This document shows, one piece after another, positions 50,965 to 61,744 of a DNA stretch of 64,000 nt. Position 1 is the stretch's first letter, and every line of letters starts with the position of its first letter. A program made the translations under genes and the position numbers. The notes below the pieces were generated by a model, which searched no databases, was not told the DNA's origin, and worked only from the letters and a program-made list of their open reading frames with translations. This stretch comes from Nitrosopumilus sp. (GTDB taxonomy: Archaea > Thermoproteota > Nitrososphaeria > Nitrososphaerales > Nitrosopumilaceae), in the NCBI GenBank assembly GCA_965204345.1, contig OZ241981.1, forward strand, positions 32,001 to 96,000. Reading direction: 5' to 3'.

Positions 50965-51788
50965 CTCCGATAGACTTTCTTTCTGGACTGTCAGAAATAG
51001 AGATTGCAGGCGGCCTGAACGTTCTCTCATTACTGATTGGCGGAATCATTATGGCTGCCGGAATCATTATTGCAAAGATTGCAAAGCTGATTTTCTTCAA
51101 ATATTACGCCCCAACTTTGCCTCAGGACACTGCAAAGAATTTTGGCAAAATAATTTATTTTGGAATAATCGTAATGGCGTTTCTTGCGTTTACTTCCAGC
51201 CAGGGCCTTGACTTTTCAGGCCTGCTTGTAGCAGGCGGGATCTTTGCCGTGGTGATTGGATTTGCAACCCAATCAGTAGTCTCCAACTTGATCTCAGGTG
51301 TCTTCTTGATGATTGAAAAACCTGCAAAGCATGGCGATACTTTGCAGATTCCTGACATGGGAATATCTGGAACCCTGCTGGATATTGGCACTTTTTCTAG
51401 CAGGGTTAGAAAGTTTGACGGGACTGTAATTCGAATACCAAATGAGAAATTCTTCACATCCAATATCCGCTCATTAACTGTCTCAACTGTAAGGCGGGCT
51501 GAGGCCATGGTGGGAATTGCCTACAGGGCTGACATTGAAGATGCCATATCCTCAATTAGGGCTGAAATCTTACTTGGGATGCCCTTTGTGCTGAGGGTTC
51601 CAGAGCCTGAGTTCCGTGTCGAGGAACTGGGCGATTCTAGCGTAAATATCCAGGTATTGGTATGGCATCCCCGTGATGATTGGAGCCAGGCCCAGCCCAT
51701 TTTGCTGACTACGATAAAGCGCGCATTGGACAAATCTGGAATAGAAATCCCGTTTCCTCAGCGTGTTATCTGGGATGCCAAGGATTAG
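50961..51788 (+). CDS. mscS: Small-conductance mechanosensitive channel
   Basis: GFATQSVVSNLISG, IPNE, VGIAY, LGDSSVN, GIEIPFPQR. Confidence 0.92.
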   Translation: MTPIDFLSGLSEIEIAGGLNVLSLLIGGIIMAAGIIIAKIAKLIFFKYYAPTLPQDTAKNFGKIIYFGIIVMAFLAFTSSQGLDFSGLLVAGGIFAVVIGFATQSVVSNLISGVFLMIEKPAKHGDTLQIPDMGISGTLLDIGTFSSRVRKFDGTVIRIPNEKFFTSNIRSLTVSTVRRAEAMVGIAYRADIEDAISSIRAEILLGMPFVLRVPEPEFRVEELGDSSVNIQVLVWHPRDDWSQAQPILLTTIKRALDKSGIEIPFPQRVIWDAKD

Positions 51789-52069
51789 ACTGGTATCTTC
51801 TTAATTTGCTTACTTTGCGCTCTCTTTTTCTTGATCAAGCTAAACATGATCATTCCGACATTGACAATGGAAATTATTTCAATCAAATCCACTCCGTACA
51901 GGAACCAGTCAATTACTGGGTGCACCCTGGAGACAATTCCAGCTTCTAGCATTATGTCTGCATTCCATATCATGTGTGGAACCTGAATGAACTGTATGAT
52001 TGCAATTAAAATTATACTTCCCAGGATTTTATCCTCGTACCAGTTCCAAAATTTGTTCCATACGTTCAT
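51785..52069 (-). CDS. Small membrane protein
   Basis: Two hydrophobic segments, basic tail. Confidence 0.7.
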   Translation of the reverse strand: MNVWNKFWNWYEDKILGSIILIAIIQFIQVPHMIWNADIMLEAGIVSRVHPVIDWFLYGVDLIEIISIVNVGMIMFSLIKKKRAQSKQIKKIPV

Positions 52070-52189
52070 GCACCATGTTGGTCTTTAATTCTATTAAACG
52101 CGTCGGAAATTAGATTCTCCTAATTAGACCTGCCTAATTTTTTTAGGAACAAGAACCGCTAGTGCAGCCTAGTTAGTACCGACTAATTT

Positions 52190-53578
52190 TTATTTTTCGG
52201 CCTTGATGACTTCTTTGCGCATCCAAACGGTTTTTCCTTTATGATCAATTAATTCTATGTTCATTTTCTTTAATTCGTTTCGAATTTTATCTGCAACCTC
52301 AAACTGTCCTGTTTTTCTTGCCTGCTCCCTGTCTGTGATCATGCCGTCTATTGCCTGCTTGTCCTCCTGCGTTATTTCCGGAATGGACAATCCCAAAATG
52401 CCTAACATTCGCTTTAGTTCTATTCTAATTGTCTGGGAATCTTCTCTTCCTAATTTTTCTTCGGCTGCCAGCCTGTTTGCCTCTCTTACTAGTTGGAAAA
52501 ATGCAGATAATGCAAGATGGGTGTTCATGTCATTATCTAACGCATCATTGAATTGACCGCCTAGTCTTGCCACCATCTTATCGGACTCTTCATCTTTGTG
52601 ATTCTCTGCATGGATTAGCTCATAGTAGCATGTCTCTACCTGCCTCCACTTGGTAAGATTTTCTTTTAGCAGTTCCTCAGAATAGTCTATGGGTTTTGAA
52701 TAATGTCCTGATAGGCAGAATAACCGTATGATGTTTGAGCCCCAATTTTCCAAAACATGTCTTATTGACTTGACATTGCCTACAGATTTTGACATTTTTT
52801 CGCCCTCTATGGTGACCATTCCTACATGCATCCATGTTTTTGCAAACTGGGCATCTGTACATGATTCTGACTGTGCAATTTCGTTTTCATGATGTGGAAA
52901 GATAAGATCACGCCCGCCTCCATGAATCTCAAAGTTCTCCCCCAGGTATTTCACGCTCATAGCCGAGCATTCTATGTGCCATCCAGGTCTTCCCCTTCCC
53001 CACGGGCTGTCCCATGCAGGCTCTGATTCTGAGAACTTCCATACTGCAAAATCCAAGGGGTCTTTTTTTTCTTCATCTACCTCTATTCTTGCTCCTGATT
53101 GGAGCTCATCTATCCTCTTTTTTGATAATTTCCCGTATTTGGGGAATTTTGATACTGAAAAGTATACTCCGTTTTTTGCCGTATATGCTATTTCTTTCTC
53201 AACTAGTTTTTCTATAAATTCTATGATATCTGCAATGTGTTCTGTTGCTTTTGGATAATTTGTGGCACGTTTTACATTTAATTCATCAAAATCTCTGAAA
53301 TAGTTTTCAATGTATCTTTTACTAATCTCTTTGGCAGACTTTTTTTCTGCATTTGCTCTGTCGATGATTTTGTCATCCACATCTGTAAAGTTTTGAACAA
53401 GTTCCACCTCTGTTTCCTTGCTCTCTAGGTATCTTCGTAACACGTCAAAAACTATGATTGTTCTTGCATGTCCTATGTGCGATTCATCATATACTGTAAC
53501 CCCGCATACGTATATTTTGACTCTTTTTGCTGTATCTACAGCCTGCTCTGATCTTGATAGCGTGTCCTGAATTTTCAT
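52190..53578 (-). CDS. cysS: Cysteine--tRNA ligase
   Basis: YVCGVTVYD, HIGH, PGWHIECSAM, KMSKS. Confidence 0.97.
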   Translation of the reverse strand: MKIQDTLSRSEQAVDTAKRVKIYVCGVTVYDESHIGHARTIIVFDVLRRYLESKETEVELVQNFTDVDDKIIDRANAEKKSAKEISKRYIENYFRDFDELNVKRATNYPKATEHIADIIEFIEKLVEKEIAYTAKNGVYFSVSKFPKYGKLSKKRIDELQSGARIEVDEEKKDPLDFAVWKFSESEPAWDSPWGRGRPGWHIECSAMSVKYLGENFEIHGGGRDLIFPHHENEIAQSESCTDAQFAKTWMHVGMVTIEGEKMSKSVGNVKSIRHVLENWGSNIIRLFCLSGHYSKPIDYSEELLKENLTKWRQVETCYYELIHAENHKDEESDKMVARLGGQFNDALDNDMNTHLALSAFFQLVREANRLAAEEKLGREDSQTIRIELKRMLGILGLSIPEITQEDKQAIDGMITDREQARKTGQFEVADKIRNELKKMNIELIDHKGKTVWMRKEVIKAEK

Positions 53579-53579
53579 T

Positions 53580-54371
53580 CTAATCCCTGCTTGGTTTTTG
53601 TGGCTGTGATCTTTTATGTTCACTGCTTGTGTGCATCTGCCGTATCTTTTCTATTTTTGAGATGTCAATCTTTGTGGCCTGATGCGTTTCTGTGACTGAT
53701 AATTTCCTCTCAAACAGGCAATACAAAATAACATCTATCTCTTCATACTGCATTCCTAATTCGTTTTCAGCCTCATGTTCAGTCCATAGGTGCGGGCTGC
53801 TCTTTTTTAGAATAATCTCTTTGGGAATCCCCAGATGTTTTGCAATTTCTCTTATCTGAAGCTTGTATAGTGAAACAATTGGTGTGATGTCTGAAGCTCC
53901 ATCCCCGTATTTTGTAAAGTATCCTATCATGTGTTCGCTTTTATCACTTGAGCCTAACACAAGATAGTTTTTCGTGTTTGCATAGTAATACAAAATATCT
54001 GTTCTTACTCTTGCACGCAGGTTTCCTATCGCCTTTTCATCTGCATCCAGGTGTGTGGCATATTCTCTGATAACTGATTCAATGTCTATTATCTTGTGTT
54101 TTATTCCAGTGTCTGTGATTATTTTGAGTGCGTCATCTGTTTCTGTTTTGGGAGTAATTGACGTATCTGGCATTATTAATGCAAGTGTCTTGTCCCTTAA
54201 TTTTTTTTTACAAATGTATGCCAGTACTGCCGAATCTATCCCCCCGCTTAATCCTAAAACAACTCCCTCACTGCGGTTTTTTTCTATCTGTTCTAACAGG
54301 AATTCTTCTATCGTTTCTGTAATTTTGGTATAGTCTTGGGTTGTAATCTCTTTTATGATTTCTTGACTCAA
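53580..54371 (-). CDS. nadE: NH3-dependent NAD+ synthetase
   Basis: LGLSGGIDS, NLRARVR, GYFTKYGDG. Confidence 0.95.
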   Translation of the reverse strand: MSQEIIKEITTQDYTKITETIEEFLLEQIEKNRSEGVVLGLSGGIDSAVLAYICKKKLRDKTLALIMPDTSITPKTETDDALKIITDTGIKHKIIDIESVIREYATHLDADEKAIGNLRARVRTDILYYYANTKNYLVLGSSDKSEHMIGYFTKYGDGASDITPIVSLYKLQIREIAKHLGIPKEIILKKSSPHLWTEHEAENELGMQYEEIDVILYCLFERKLSVTETHQATKIDISKIEKIRQMHTSSEHKRSQPQKPSRD

Positions 54372-54735
54372 CGCCTTGTTTTTAGAATCTATCAGAATAA
54401 ACCTTATGCCTAAAACGCAACAGTTGCTTGGTTTTGAACGCAGACTATTCTTTATGCTGATCTGATGTGGTACTATTGCAGAAATGACTCTGACAAATTT
54501 AGATTATCTGCTCATCAGAATTTAAGGGCAAACTGCAGGAGGTGACTTTCTCAAAAAAAAAATTATCCAGTCCTCAAAGAAGCGCAGTTGAAGCTTTTCA
54601 AATCTTTGATTTATGATATGAAACATCAAAGTTTATCAGAACTCCAGCACCCTTCAAAAAATGAGAAGACTCTGCTCTCTTTTGCAGTTTAAGCTATCTT
54701 TAGATGGTTTGAAAAGCTAGTTTTATTTTTAATGG

Positions 54736-55041
54736 CTAAATATCTATGTAAATGCCATCATCTCTTGTTTGAACAGGATATGTTTCAAGCTTTACATCCT
54801 TGAGATAGTCTCTTAATTCTCCTGTTTTGATATTGTAATGCCAAAAATGTAACGGACATTCAACAATATCTCCCTCCAGTTTACCTGATGCAATTGATCC
54901 GTCCTGATGTACACAAAGATCATCCATTGCATGATATCCTCCCTGGTTAAAGACTGCAATCTGCCTTCCGTCTATCTTGAAAGCTTTTCCCTTGCCTGAT
55001 GCAATTGCCCCCTTGTCTGCAATTTTTTTCCATGCCAACAA
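54736..55041 (-). CDS. Rieske [2Fe-2S] ferredoxin
   Basis: CVH...CPLH Rieske ligands. Confidence 0.9.
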   Translation of the reverse strand: MLAWKKIADKGAIASGKGKAFKIDGRQIAVFNQGGYHAMDDLCVHQDGSIASGKLEGDIVECPLHFWHYNIKTGELRDYLKDVKLETYPVQTRDDGIYIDI

Positions 55042-55113
55042 TCCTGCTGTATTTCTATCATTTATTTAGATTCGCATGATAGAATTTTATACTATATTTT
55101 TGGTGCTGAGTTA

Positions 55114-56355
55114 TTGAGCAAAGTTAAGACTAGTCCCAAGTTGGTCCGAGAAGGAAAGCTATCCTACGAGTGGGCCAGGTCTCACATGCAGATTCTTGAT
55201 AATACGATTAATCGGTATAAAAAATCAAAGCCTCTCAAGGGAGTCACTCTTGGATTTTGCTTGCACATTACCAAAGAGACATCTGTCCTGCTTATGGGCG
55301 CCAAAGAACTCGGCGCAACTGTTGCATGCTGTGGGGGAAACCCGCTGACTACGCAGGATAACATCGCAGCATTTTTAGCTTCCAAGGGAATTCACGTATA
55401 TTCTTGGCATGGACAGTCTCTCAAAGACTATGATTGGTGCATTGATCAGGTCCTAAAACACAGGCCTGCAATATTAACTGATGATGGGGCTGACATGAAC
55501 ATCAAAGCTCACTTTGATAAGCGATTCAAAGACATCAAGGTTTTAGGCTCAACTGAAGAAACAACTGCTGGTGTGACTAGAATCAGGGCAGTTGAAAATC
55601 AAGGCAAACTTCGCTATCCTGTAATTTTGGTCAATGAGGCATATACAAAACACATGTTTGATAACAGATATGGCACCGGCCAAAGTACCATTGATGGTTA
55701 TCTTCGGGCAATGAATCTACTGATGGCATCAAAGCGCGTTGTTGTTGTTGGATATGGCTGGGTTGGCCGCGGTGTTGCATCTAGGTGTCACGGAATGGGC
55801 TCCAAGGTAATTGTTACTGAAGTGGATCCTGTAAAGGCCCTTGAAGCACACATGGACGGATTTGAGGTCATGCCCATGTCTCAAGCTGCAAAAATTGGGG
55901 ATATGTTCATTACATGCACTGGCATGACCAGTGTCATCAGAAAGGAGCACATCTTGCAAATGAAAAATGGCGCAATAATGGGCAATGTCGGACACTTTGA
56001 TGTTGAGATTGACAGTGAATTTCTGCTAAAGAACTCTAGGTCTGTTAAGGAGGTAAGGCCCAGCCTTGATGAATGTCATTTGAAAAATGGCAAAAGGGTT
56101 TATCTGATTGGGCAGGGACGTCTTGCAAATCTGGTTGCCGCAGAAGGCCATCCTCCGGAAGTCATGGCCCAATCCTTTTCAAACCAAATTCTTTCAGTCT
56201 TGTATATTCTTAAAAACCATAAAAAAATGGAAAATAAAATCATCAATGTTCCCAAAGAGATTGACCAGCAAATTGCAGTTGATGCACTAAAGGCAATGGA
56301 TGTTAAAATTGACAAGCTGACTCCTGAGCAAGTAAAATATGCAAACAGCTGGTAA
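55114..56355 (+). CDS. ahcY: Adenosylhomocysteinase
   Basis: CLHITKET, DDGAD, EETTAG, FDNRYGTGQS, GYGWVGRG, GHP. Confidence 0.97.
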   Translation: MSKVKTSPKLVREGKLSYEWARSHMQILDNTINRYKKSKPLKGVTLGFCLHITKETSVLLMGAKELGATVACCGGNPLTTQDNIAAFLASKGIHVYSWHGQSLKDYDWCIDQVLKHRPAILTDDGADMNIKAHFDKRFKDIKVLGSTEETTAGVTRIRAVENQGKLRYPVILVNEAYTKHMFDNRYGTGQSTIDGYLRAMNLLMASKRVVVVGYGWVGRGVASRCHGMGSKVIVTEVDPVKALEAHMDGFEVMPMSQAAKIGDMFITCTGMTSVIRKEHILQMKNGAIMGNVGHFDVEIDSEFLLKNSRSVKEVRPSLDECHLKNGKRVYLIGQGRLANLVAAEGHPPEVMAQSFSNQILSVLYILKNHKKMENKIINVPKEIDQQIAVDALKAMDVKIDKLTPEQVKYANSW

Positions 56356-57490
56356 TTTAGGCTCCTTTTGTCTGTGTAATTTTATTTTACTATCTTTATG
56401 CTGTAATTTTCTTCAAAAACCTCATAAAATTACAACATGATCAGTTGACCCCGTATGGCATGCTTTTTGTTCTGATGGACGCATGTATGTTGCAGAGAAA
56501 AGTGAAGACAGGATATTTTACCATGGGGCAACAGAGGCACTTGTCTTGGCAAGACATCCAATGCGGGTCATCTAGACACGTACCGTGCAGCAAGAATAAC
56601 ATGCGGACCTGCCATTTATGGCTCTAGAGACGGCCTGTATCGGAGCGGTGATATGGGAGGGGGGCATCAGCGAGATAAGCCTATCTACGCACAATATGGT
56701 TGGGGAAATCACGACATTGGCTGATGACCCATATGGCATGAACAATGCCTGCAACCTGAATACAATTACTGTATCTTTTAACCTGTATGATGATGATGAT
56801 GCTTTTACTACCAGCTCGAAGATAAAAGACGGCAAATAATTTGATTTGGCTCTTAGAACCGGCAAATACTGTATTGTCAAAAATAATTAGAAATCACAAC
56901 TAAAATCAATTTCTTTTGGTTCACACAATGAGTTGGGTTTTGCTAAATTCCAGCGATCAGATCAGCAGAAAGCACCATAACCCGCTAGATGTTCAACACT
57001 AATTACAGTAAATTCATTATATTCTGATTCTGAGATCGCAATTTTTTCTCCCGGTCTTGGTGTTGCTTCAACAGTTAATTGCATATTCTCTACAATCTCA
57101 CCTGCATCCTCATCAGGATACAATTTGATTTTTACCATCTATTCTTTGATGCCTGACTCTGAAATTAATTTTTTCAAGCAAGCTCTTGCATTTTCCTGTA
57201 TCTTTATTAATCCCTAAAAAAAGTCATAATATCTTGGCAGATGATGTATTTTGCAGTTACTCTCTTGTGAAATTTATCCAACCAGTACCTTACGATTCAA
57301 CTTTTCTAGAATGTTATATGAATATGGAATCTCATTTAGTTTCAGATGCACATGCCTCATCCCTGAAAATTCCGTATTATGGAGATATACATCATCCTAC
57401 TTATTTGATAGCGAGCCTGATTTATTCATGAAAATGCAACAAAGATATTTAATATCTGAGGCCAAAATTGTATCTCTAATGGTGAAATAA

Positions 57491-57796
57491 TTGAGTGTAT
57501 CGATAGGAAAACCAAAACTAATTGAAGTGGATTTTCGTGTATGTTGCAATCATGCAACCAACAGTTCTACTAGATGTATACGTACTGTAAAGGCAATTAG
57601 AAAACAATTCAACAACATCATGGAGATTAAAACAACTAAACCATATGGTTCTACAGAAGACATGTGTGTAATTGGTACTGCCAAGATTAAAGCATCAATG
57701 AGAACACAGTTTGAAAAAGATCTCAAAAAATTAAAAATTGATTCTGCTGGAACTAGAAAAATAAAAAGAGCTATAGTTTCATTACCTAGAAAGTAA
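57491..57796 (+). CDS. Hypothetical protein
   Basis: 101-aa AT-rich ORF directly upstream of the HAD gene. Confidence 0.55.
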   Translation: MSVSIGKPKLIEVDFRVCCNHATNSSTRCIRTVKAIRKQFNNIMEIKTTKPYGSTEDMCVIGTAKIKASMRTQFEKDLKKLKIDSAGTRKIKRAIVSLPRK

Positions 57797-57812
57797 TCTG
57801 AGTAGCATAAAA

Positions 57813-58768
57813 TTGATTAGTTATGTAGTATATCGCAGAGGAACTGAAAAATTAACAATTAGAAAACTTTGTACTACAAAATTATTTTCATCAGTTAAAT
57901 CTTATACAAAAAATACGTTAAAACTTGAAACAAAAAAACCTATTTCTTATTCAGAAAAAGATACTATTGAAAAAATACGCACCAAAATACTTGAAATAAA
58001 TACGATAACTCAAGAACCCAATTTTATCCAATCCTTGAAGAAGAAGAACCAAAACTCCTTCACATATTTGCTGATATTGACAGTACGCTAACTCATCATG
58101 GCGTATCTTCTCTTAACAGAAATGTTCAATCTACAATCGATGCATTTGAAGAACATAATTGCAATTTCTATTTTTGTAGCGGCAGATCATACCAAACTAT
58201 TGACAATTTAAGGAAACTGTATCATACTGGTGAATATGGCATTGCTGAAAATGGAGGAATAATCGTAGGAATGCCTAGGGCAGATGGAACACTAGGAGAC
58301 AAAAGACAGCCTAATAAACTAATTAAATATCTATTGAAAAAAAACATATCTTTTCAAATTGATAAAAATCAACAAAATCGAAGGACCGAATATGTTTTAT
58401 TAACAAATTCAATTACCGAAAATAATCTGAAAAGGGCAATATCAAAATCTGGTGCTATCATAGAATATCATACTAGTAAAAATACATATCATATATCAGC
58501 AAAAAATGTAAACAAAGGATCAGCCATAGCTTTTTTAACTGGCGGAGACGAATTGTCTTTGGACTCTACTTTGGATGAAGTGATTGCAATTGGTGATAGT
58601 GATCTTGATTTTCCCATGTTTAAGCATGCAGATAGATCCTATTTGGTTGGAAAACCAGATAACAGTCTGGCAAAAAAAATCAAGGGACTAAAGAAAAAAG
58701 TTATTCAATTACCACTTCCTCCTGATGCTTTGGATGAAATGTATGGAGATCTTTTCCCCTTGGGCTAA
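57813..58768 (+). pseudogene. Frameshifted HAD-IIB hydrolase (phosphoglycolate-phosphatase-like) with N-terminal extra domain
   Basis: The frame of ORF 58271 extends upstream, without a start codon, through FADIDSTLT (DxD), CSGR and AENGG; also NKG, GDSDLD. It joins ORF 57813 if one T is added in the tttt run at 58022-58025. Confidence 0.75.
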
Positions 58769-59183
58769 TATCAACGGTTCAGGCAATTCTGGTGATGTGT
58801 CTATCTGTGCCATAAATCACAAATTTAGTAATCTGTAAATTGCACTATGGGATTTTTTGGTGATTACATCTTCTGGGTACTTTTTAAGAAAATCATCTTT
58901 CCAATTTGCTGCTAAATTCCAGTGAACAAAAAGCAGACGCGCCAGAACCATCCTGCATTGATCACAAAATCCGGAATTCCAGATTTGCCACGTATGTTTT
59001 TAAGTGCAGTTTGCGGACTTGTGGGCGATAACAAAGAAGATACATCATGGCAGACGATCCAACGGCATTTGCCCTAGCGTATCTGAAAATACTCCAAAGG
59101 AAATCTTGGAAACATCTTGATCTTTTCTGGCATCCCTGATAAAATGAGTAAACTATTAAGATCATGACAGCATCCATATCATA

Positions 59184-60839
59184 TTGAGCAAAAAAGCTAT
59201 CATAACAAGCGCCCTGCCTTATGCCAATGGCGAAATCCATTTGGGCCATGTTGCATCCACATACCTTCCTGCTGATGTGACAACTAGATTTTTAAAATTA
59301 AATGGCGTAGAGGCCTACTATGTGTGCGCATCTGATGATTTTGGCACTCCCATACTAATTCAGTCTGAGAAGGAAGGCAAAACCCCTGCTGATTATGTTG
59401 CCTACTGGAATAAACGTGACTATGAGGATTTTACGGCATTTGGCATTGATTTTGACTGCTTTTACAAAACTAGCTCTCCAGAAAACATCCAATTCGTTCA
59501 AGATACGTTCAGAAAACTAAATGATGCTGGACATATCTATGAGAAAGAAATAATTCAATTTTATTGCAACAATGATAAAAAATTCCTGCCTGACAGATAC
59601 GTAAAAGGTGTCTGTCCTTTTTGCAAGTCCGAGGATCAGTATTCTGATCTCTGTGAAAGCTGTGGACGAGTCCCCGAAGAAATTATTGATCCTAAATGTT
59701 CTCTGTGCGGCCAACCTCCTACCAAGGAAAAAACGACTCATTATTTTTACAGGCTGACTAATTTTGGCGGTTCACTGTCTGACTGGCTGGATGAGAATCC
59801 CCATCTTCAAAAAGATGTAAAAAAATATGTGCAAAACTGGATCAAGTCAGGTTTGATTGACTGGGATATTACCCGAGACATCACTTGGGGCGTGCCCATA
59901 CCCCTTGATGATTCCCAGAACAAGGTCTTTTATGGATGGTTTGACAACCATCTGGCGTACATTTCAACTGCCCTGAAATTCCTAAATGAGAGGGGCATTG
60001 ATGGAAAGGAATTCTGGAATTGTGCTGACATTTATCATTTTATTGGAAAGGATATCGTCTATCACCACTATCTGTTTTTGCCTGCCATGAGGCTGGGGAT
60101 GCAAAGCGAATACAAACTGCCTGACTATATTCCAACCCGGGGACATTTAACACTACAGGGAAAGAAAATTTCTAAAAGTAGAAATTGGTACATTGGACTA
60201 AAACAGTTCTTGGAATATTACCCTGCTGATTACCTCAGATTTTATCTGGTATCAATCAATCCATACTCTCAAGATGATCTGAACTTTGATTGGGACGACT
60301 TTGCTACTAGGATTAACTCTGAGCTGATTGGAAACCTTGGAAATTTTATTAATCGAGCACTTGGCTTTACCAAAAAAACATTTGATGGGAGGATTCCTCA
60401 AATAACAACACTTGATGATCAGGACTTGGAGGCAAAGCAAAAAATTAAGAATCTGTCTGGCCAAGTTGGGCTTTTGATGGAACAAAATCATCTTGACAGG
60501 GCCCTGAAAAAGATTATGGAATTTTCCTCCTTCTTTAACCAGTATTTCCAGCACAAAGAACCCTGGAGGAACGGTCCTGGCACGCCAAACTGCGTATATC
60601 TGTCAGTAAATGCCACCCGAAGCCTGGCAATTGCAATGTTTCCGTTTATTCCCGAGTCTGCACAAAAAATCTGGATTCAGTTGGGGCTGCCCGGACTATT
60701 GACCGGTTCTGCATGGGATGATCTGTCTGGTCTGGCAATTCCCCCAGGACACGTTTTAGGCGAATCCTCGCCGCTGTTTGCCAAGGTTGAGCCCTCTGAG
60801 ATTGAAAAGCATAAAAAAGAGCTGGGGCCGTCTGTCTAG
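59184..60839 (+). CDS. metG: Methionine--tRNA ligase
   Basis: ALPYANGEIHLGH, Zn knuckles, KISKS. Confidence 0.97.
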   Translation: MSKKAIITSALPYANGEIHLGHVASTYLPADVTTRFLKLNGVEAYYVCASDDFGTPILIQSEKEGKTPADYVAYWNKRDYEDFTAFGIDFDCFYKTSSPENIQFVQDTFRKLNDAGHIYEKEIIQFYCNNDKKFLPDRYVKGVCPFCKSEDQYSDLCESCGRVPEEIIDPKCSLCGQPPTKEKTTHYFYRLTNFGGSLSDWLDENPHLQKDVKKYVQNWIKSGLIDWDITRDITWGVPIPLDDSQNKVFYGWFDNHLAYISTALKFLNERGIDGKEFWNCADIYHFIGKDIVYHHYLFLPAMRLGMQSEYKLPDYIPTRGHLTLQGKKISKSRNWYIGLKQFLEYYPADYLRFYLVSINPYSQDDLNFDWDDFATRINSELIGNLGNFINRALGFTKKTFDGRIPQITTLDDQDLEAKQKIKNLSGQVGLLMEQNHLDRALKKIMEFSSFFNQYFQHKEPWRNGPGTPNCVYLSVNATRSLAIAMFPFIPESAQKIWIQLGLPGLLTGSAWDDLSGLAIPPGHVLGESSPLFAKVEPSEIEKHKKELGPSV

Positions 60840-60841
60840 TC

Positions 60842-61597
60842 ATGGCCACTGTTGCCAGAATTTCCACTAGGGGCTACTATGATCTATCTGATGGGAGTAC
60901 CTTGAAAAATAATTCATACCATACATACCCAAAAAACGATTTCAAAAAACTAGTTGACTCAAAGGAATTCACAATAATGATTCATGGCTTACGCAATGAC
61001 AATGCTGGGGCCGTTGCCAAAGTCGTGCTGGCCAGAAACAGGTTACGCCGGTTGGGCTATCGCTATCCTGTAATTGGATTTAGCTATGACTCAAACACCA
61101 CTGGTGCCCATTTGGCCAAGCATGCAAAACGTGCTCTTGCAGCTGGGCAAAGGATTGCCAAAAAGAACGGTAAAAACCTCGGATTGTTTGTTGAGGATTT
61201 CAAAGCTGCTAGTCCCAAGACAAAAATCCGTCTAATGGGCCATTCGCTGGGTTCCCAAGTAATTTTGAGCACGTTGGAGTACCTTGCAAAAAAGAAACAA
61301 AACGTCGGGATTATAGAGAGCGCATACTTTTTTGGCGCATCAGTTACCAGAGATGTGCCCTCGTCTAAGAAATACAAGGACATACTGCAGCGCATTATCA
61401 ACACCAAGCTTGTAAACCACTATGCCCCAACTGATGAAGTTCTCAGATGGGCCAATGCCAAAAAATATGTAAGCGGTCCTTTGGGTCTTGCCGGCTCTGC
61501 TGGCGGGGTGACTGCTAAAAAGTACCGCCAGAAACTAGTCAGACCAAAAAATCATCGATTTGCAAGCTATGCTGCTGTTCTAAACTCCTTTCCGTGA
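60842..61597 (+). CDS. Alpha/beta hydrolase (DUF726/DUF900-like)
   Basis: IHG, GHSLG nucleophile motif, C-terminal NH. Confidence 0.8.
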   Translation: MATVARISTRGYYDLSDGSTLKNNSYHTYPKNDFKKLVDSKEFTIMIHGLRNDNAGAVAKVVLARNRLRRLGYRYPVIGFSYDSNTTGAHLAKHAKRALAAGQRIAKKNGKNLGLFVEDFKAASPKTKIRLMGHSLGSQVILSTLEYLAKKKQNVGIIESAYFFGASVTRDVPSSKKYKDILQRIINTKLVNHYAPTDEVLRWANAKKYVSGPLGLAGSAGGVTAKKYRQKLVRPKNHRFASYAAVLNSFP

Positions 61598-61744
61598 TGA
61601 TCTTGAGCCTGTGAGAGATGATTTTATGTGATGGCCGAGTTTGGAATTCTGTAATGGCTCTATATAAAAAATCATAGGCACCAGTTTGATTTTTGTACAA
61701 AACCCGCTCAAAACTTCATAAGTTCGAGCTTTTACTCAAAATTC

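Noticed and set aside
56445-56839. Possible nucleoside deaminase remnant (ALETACIGAVIWEGGISEI)
   Set aside because: Only weak resemblance; the HxE and PCxxC motifs cannot be recovered.
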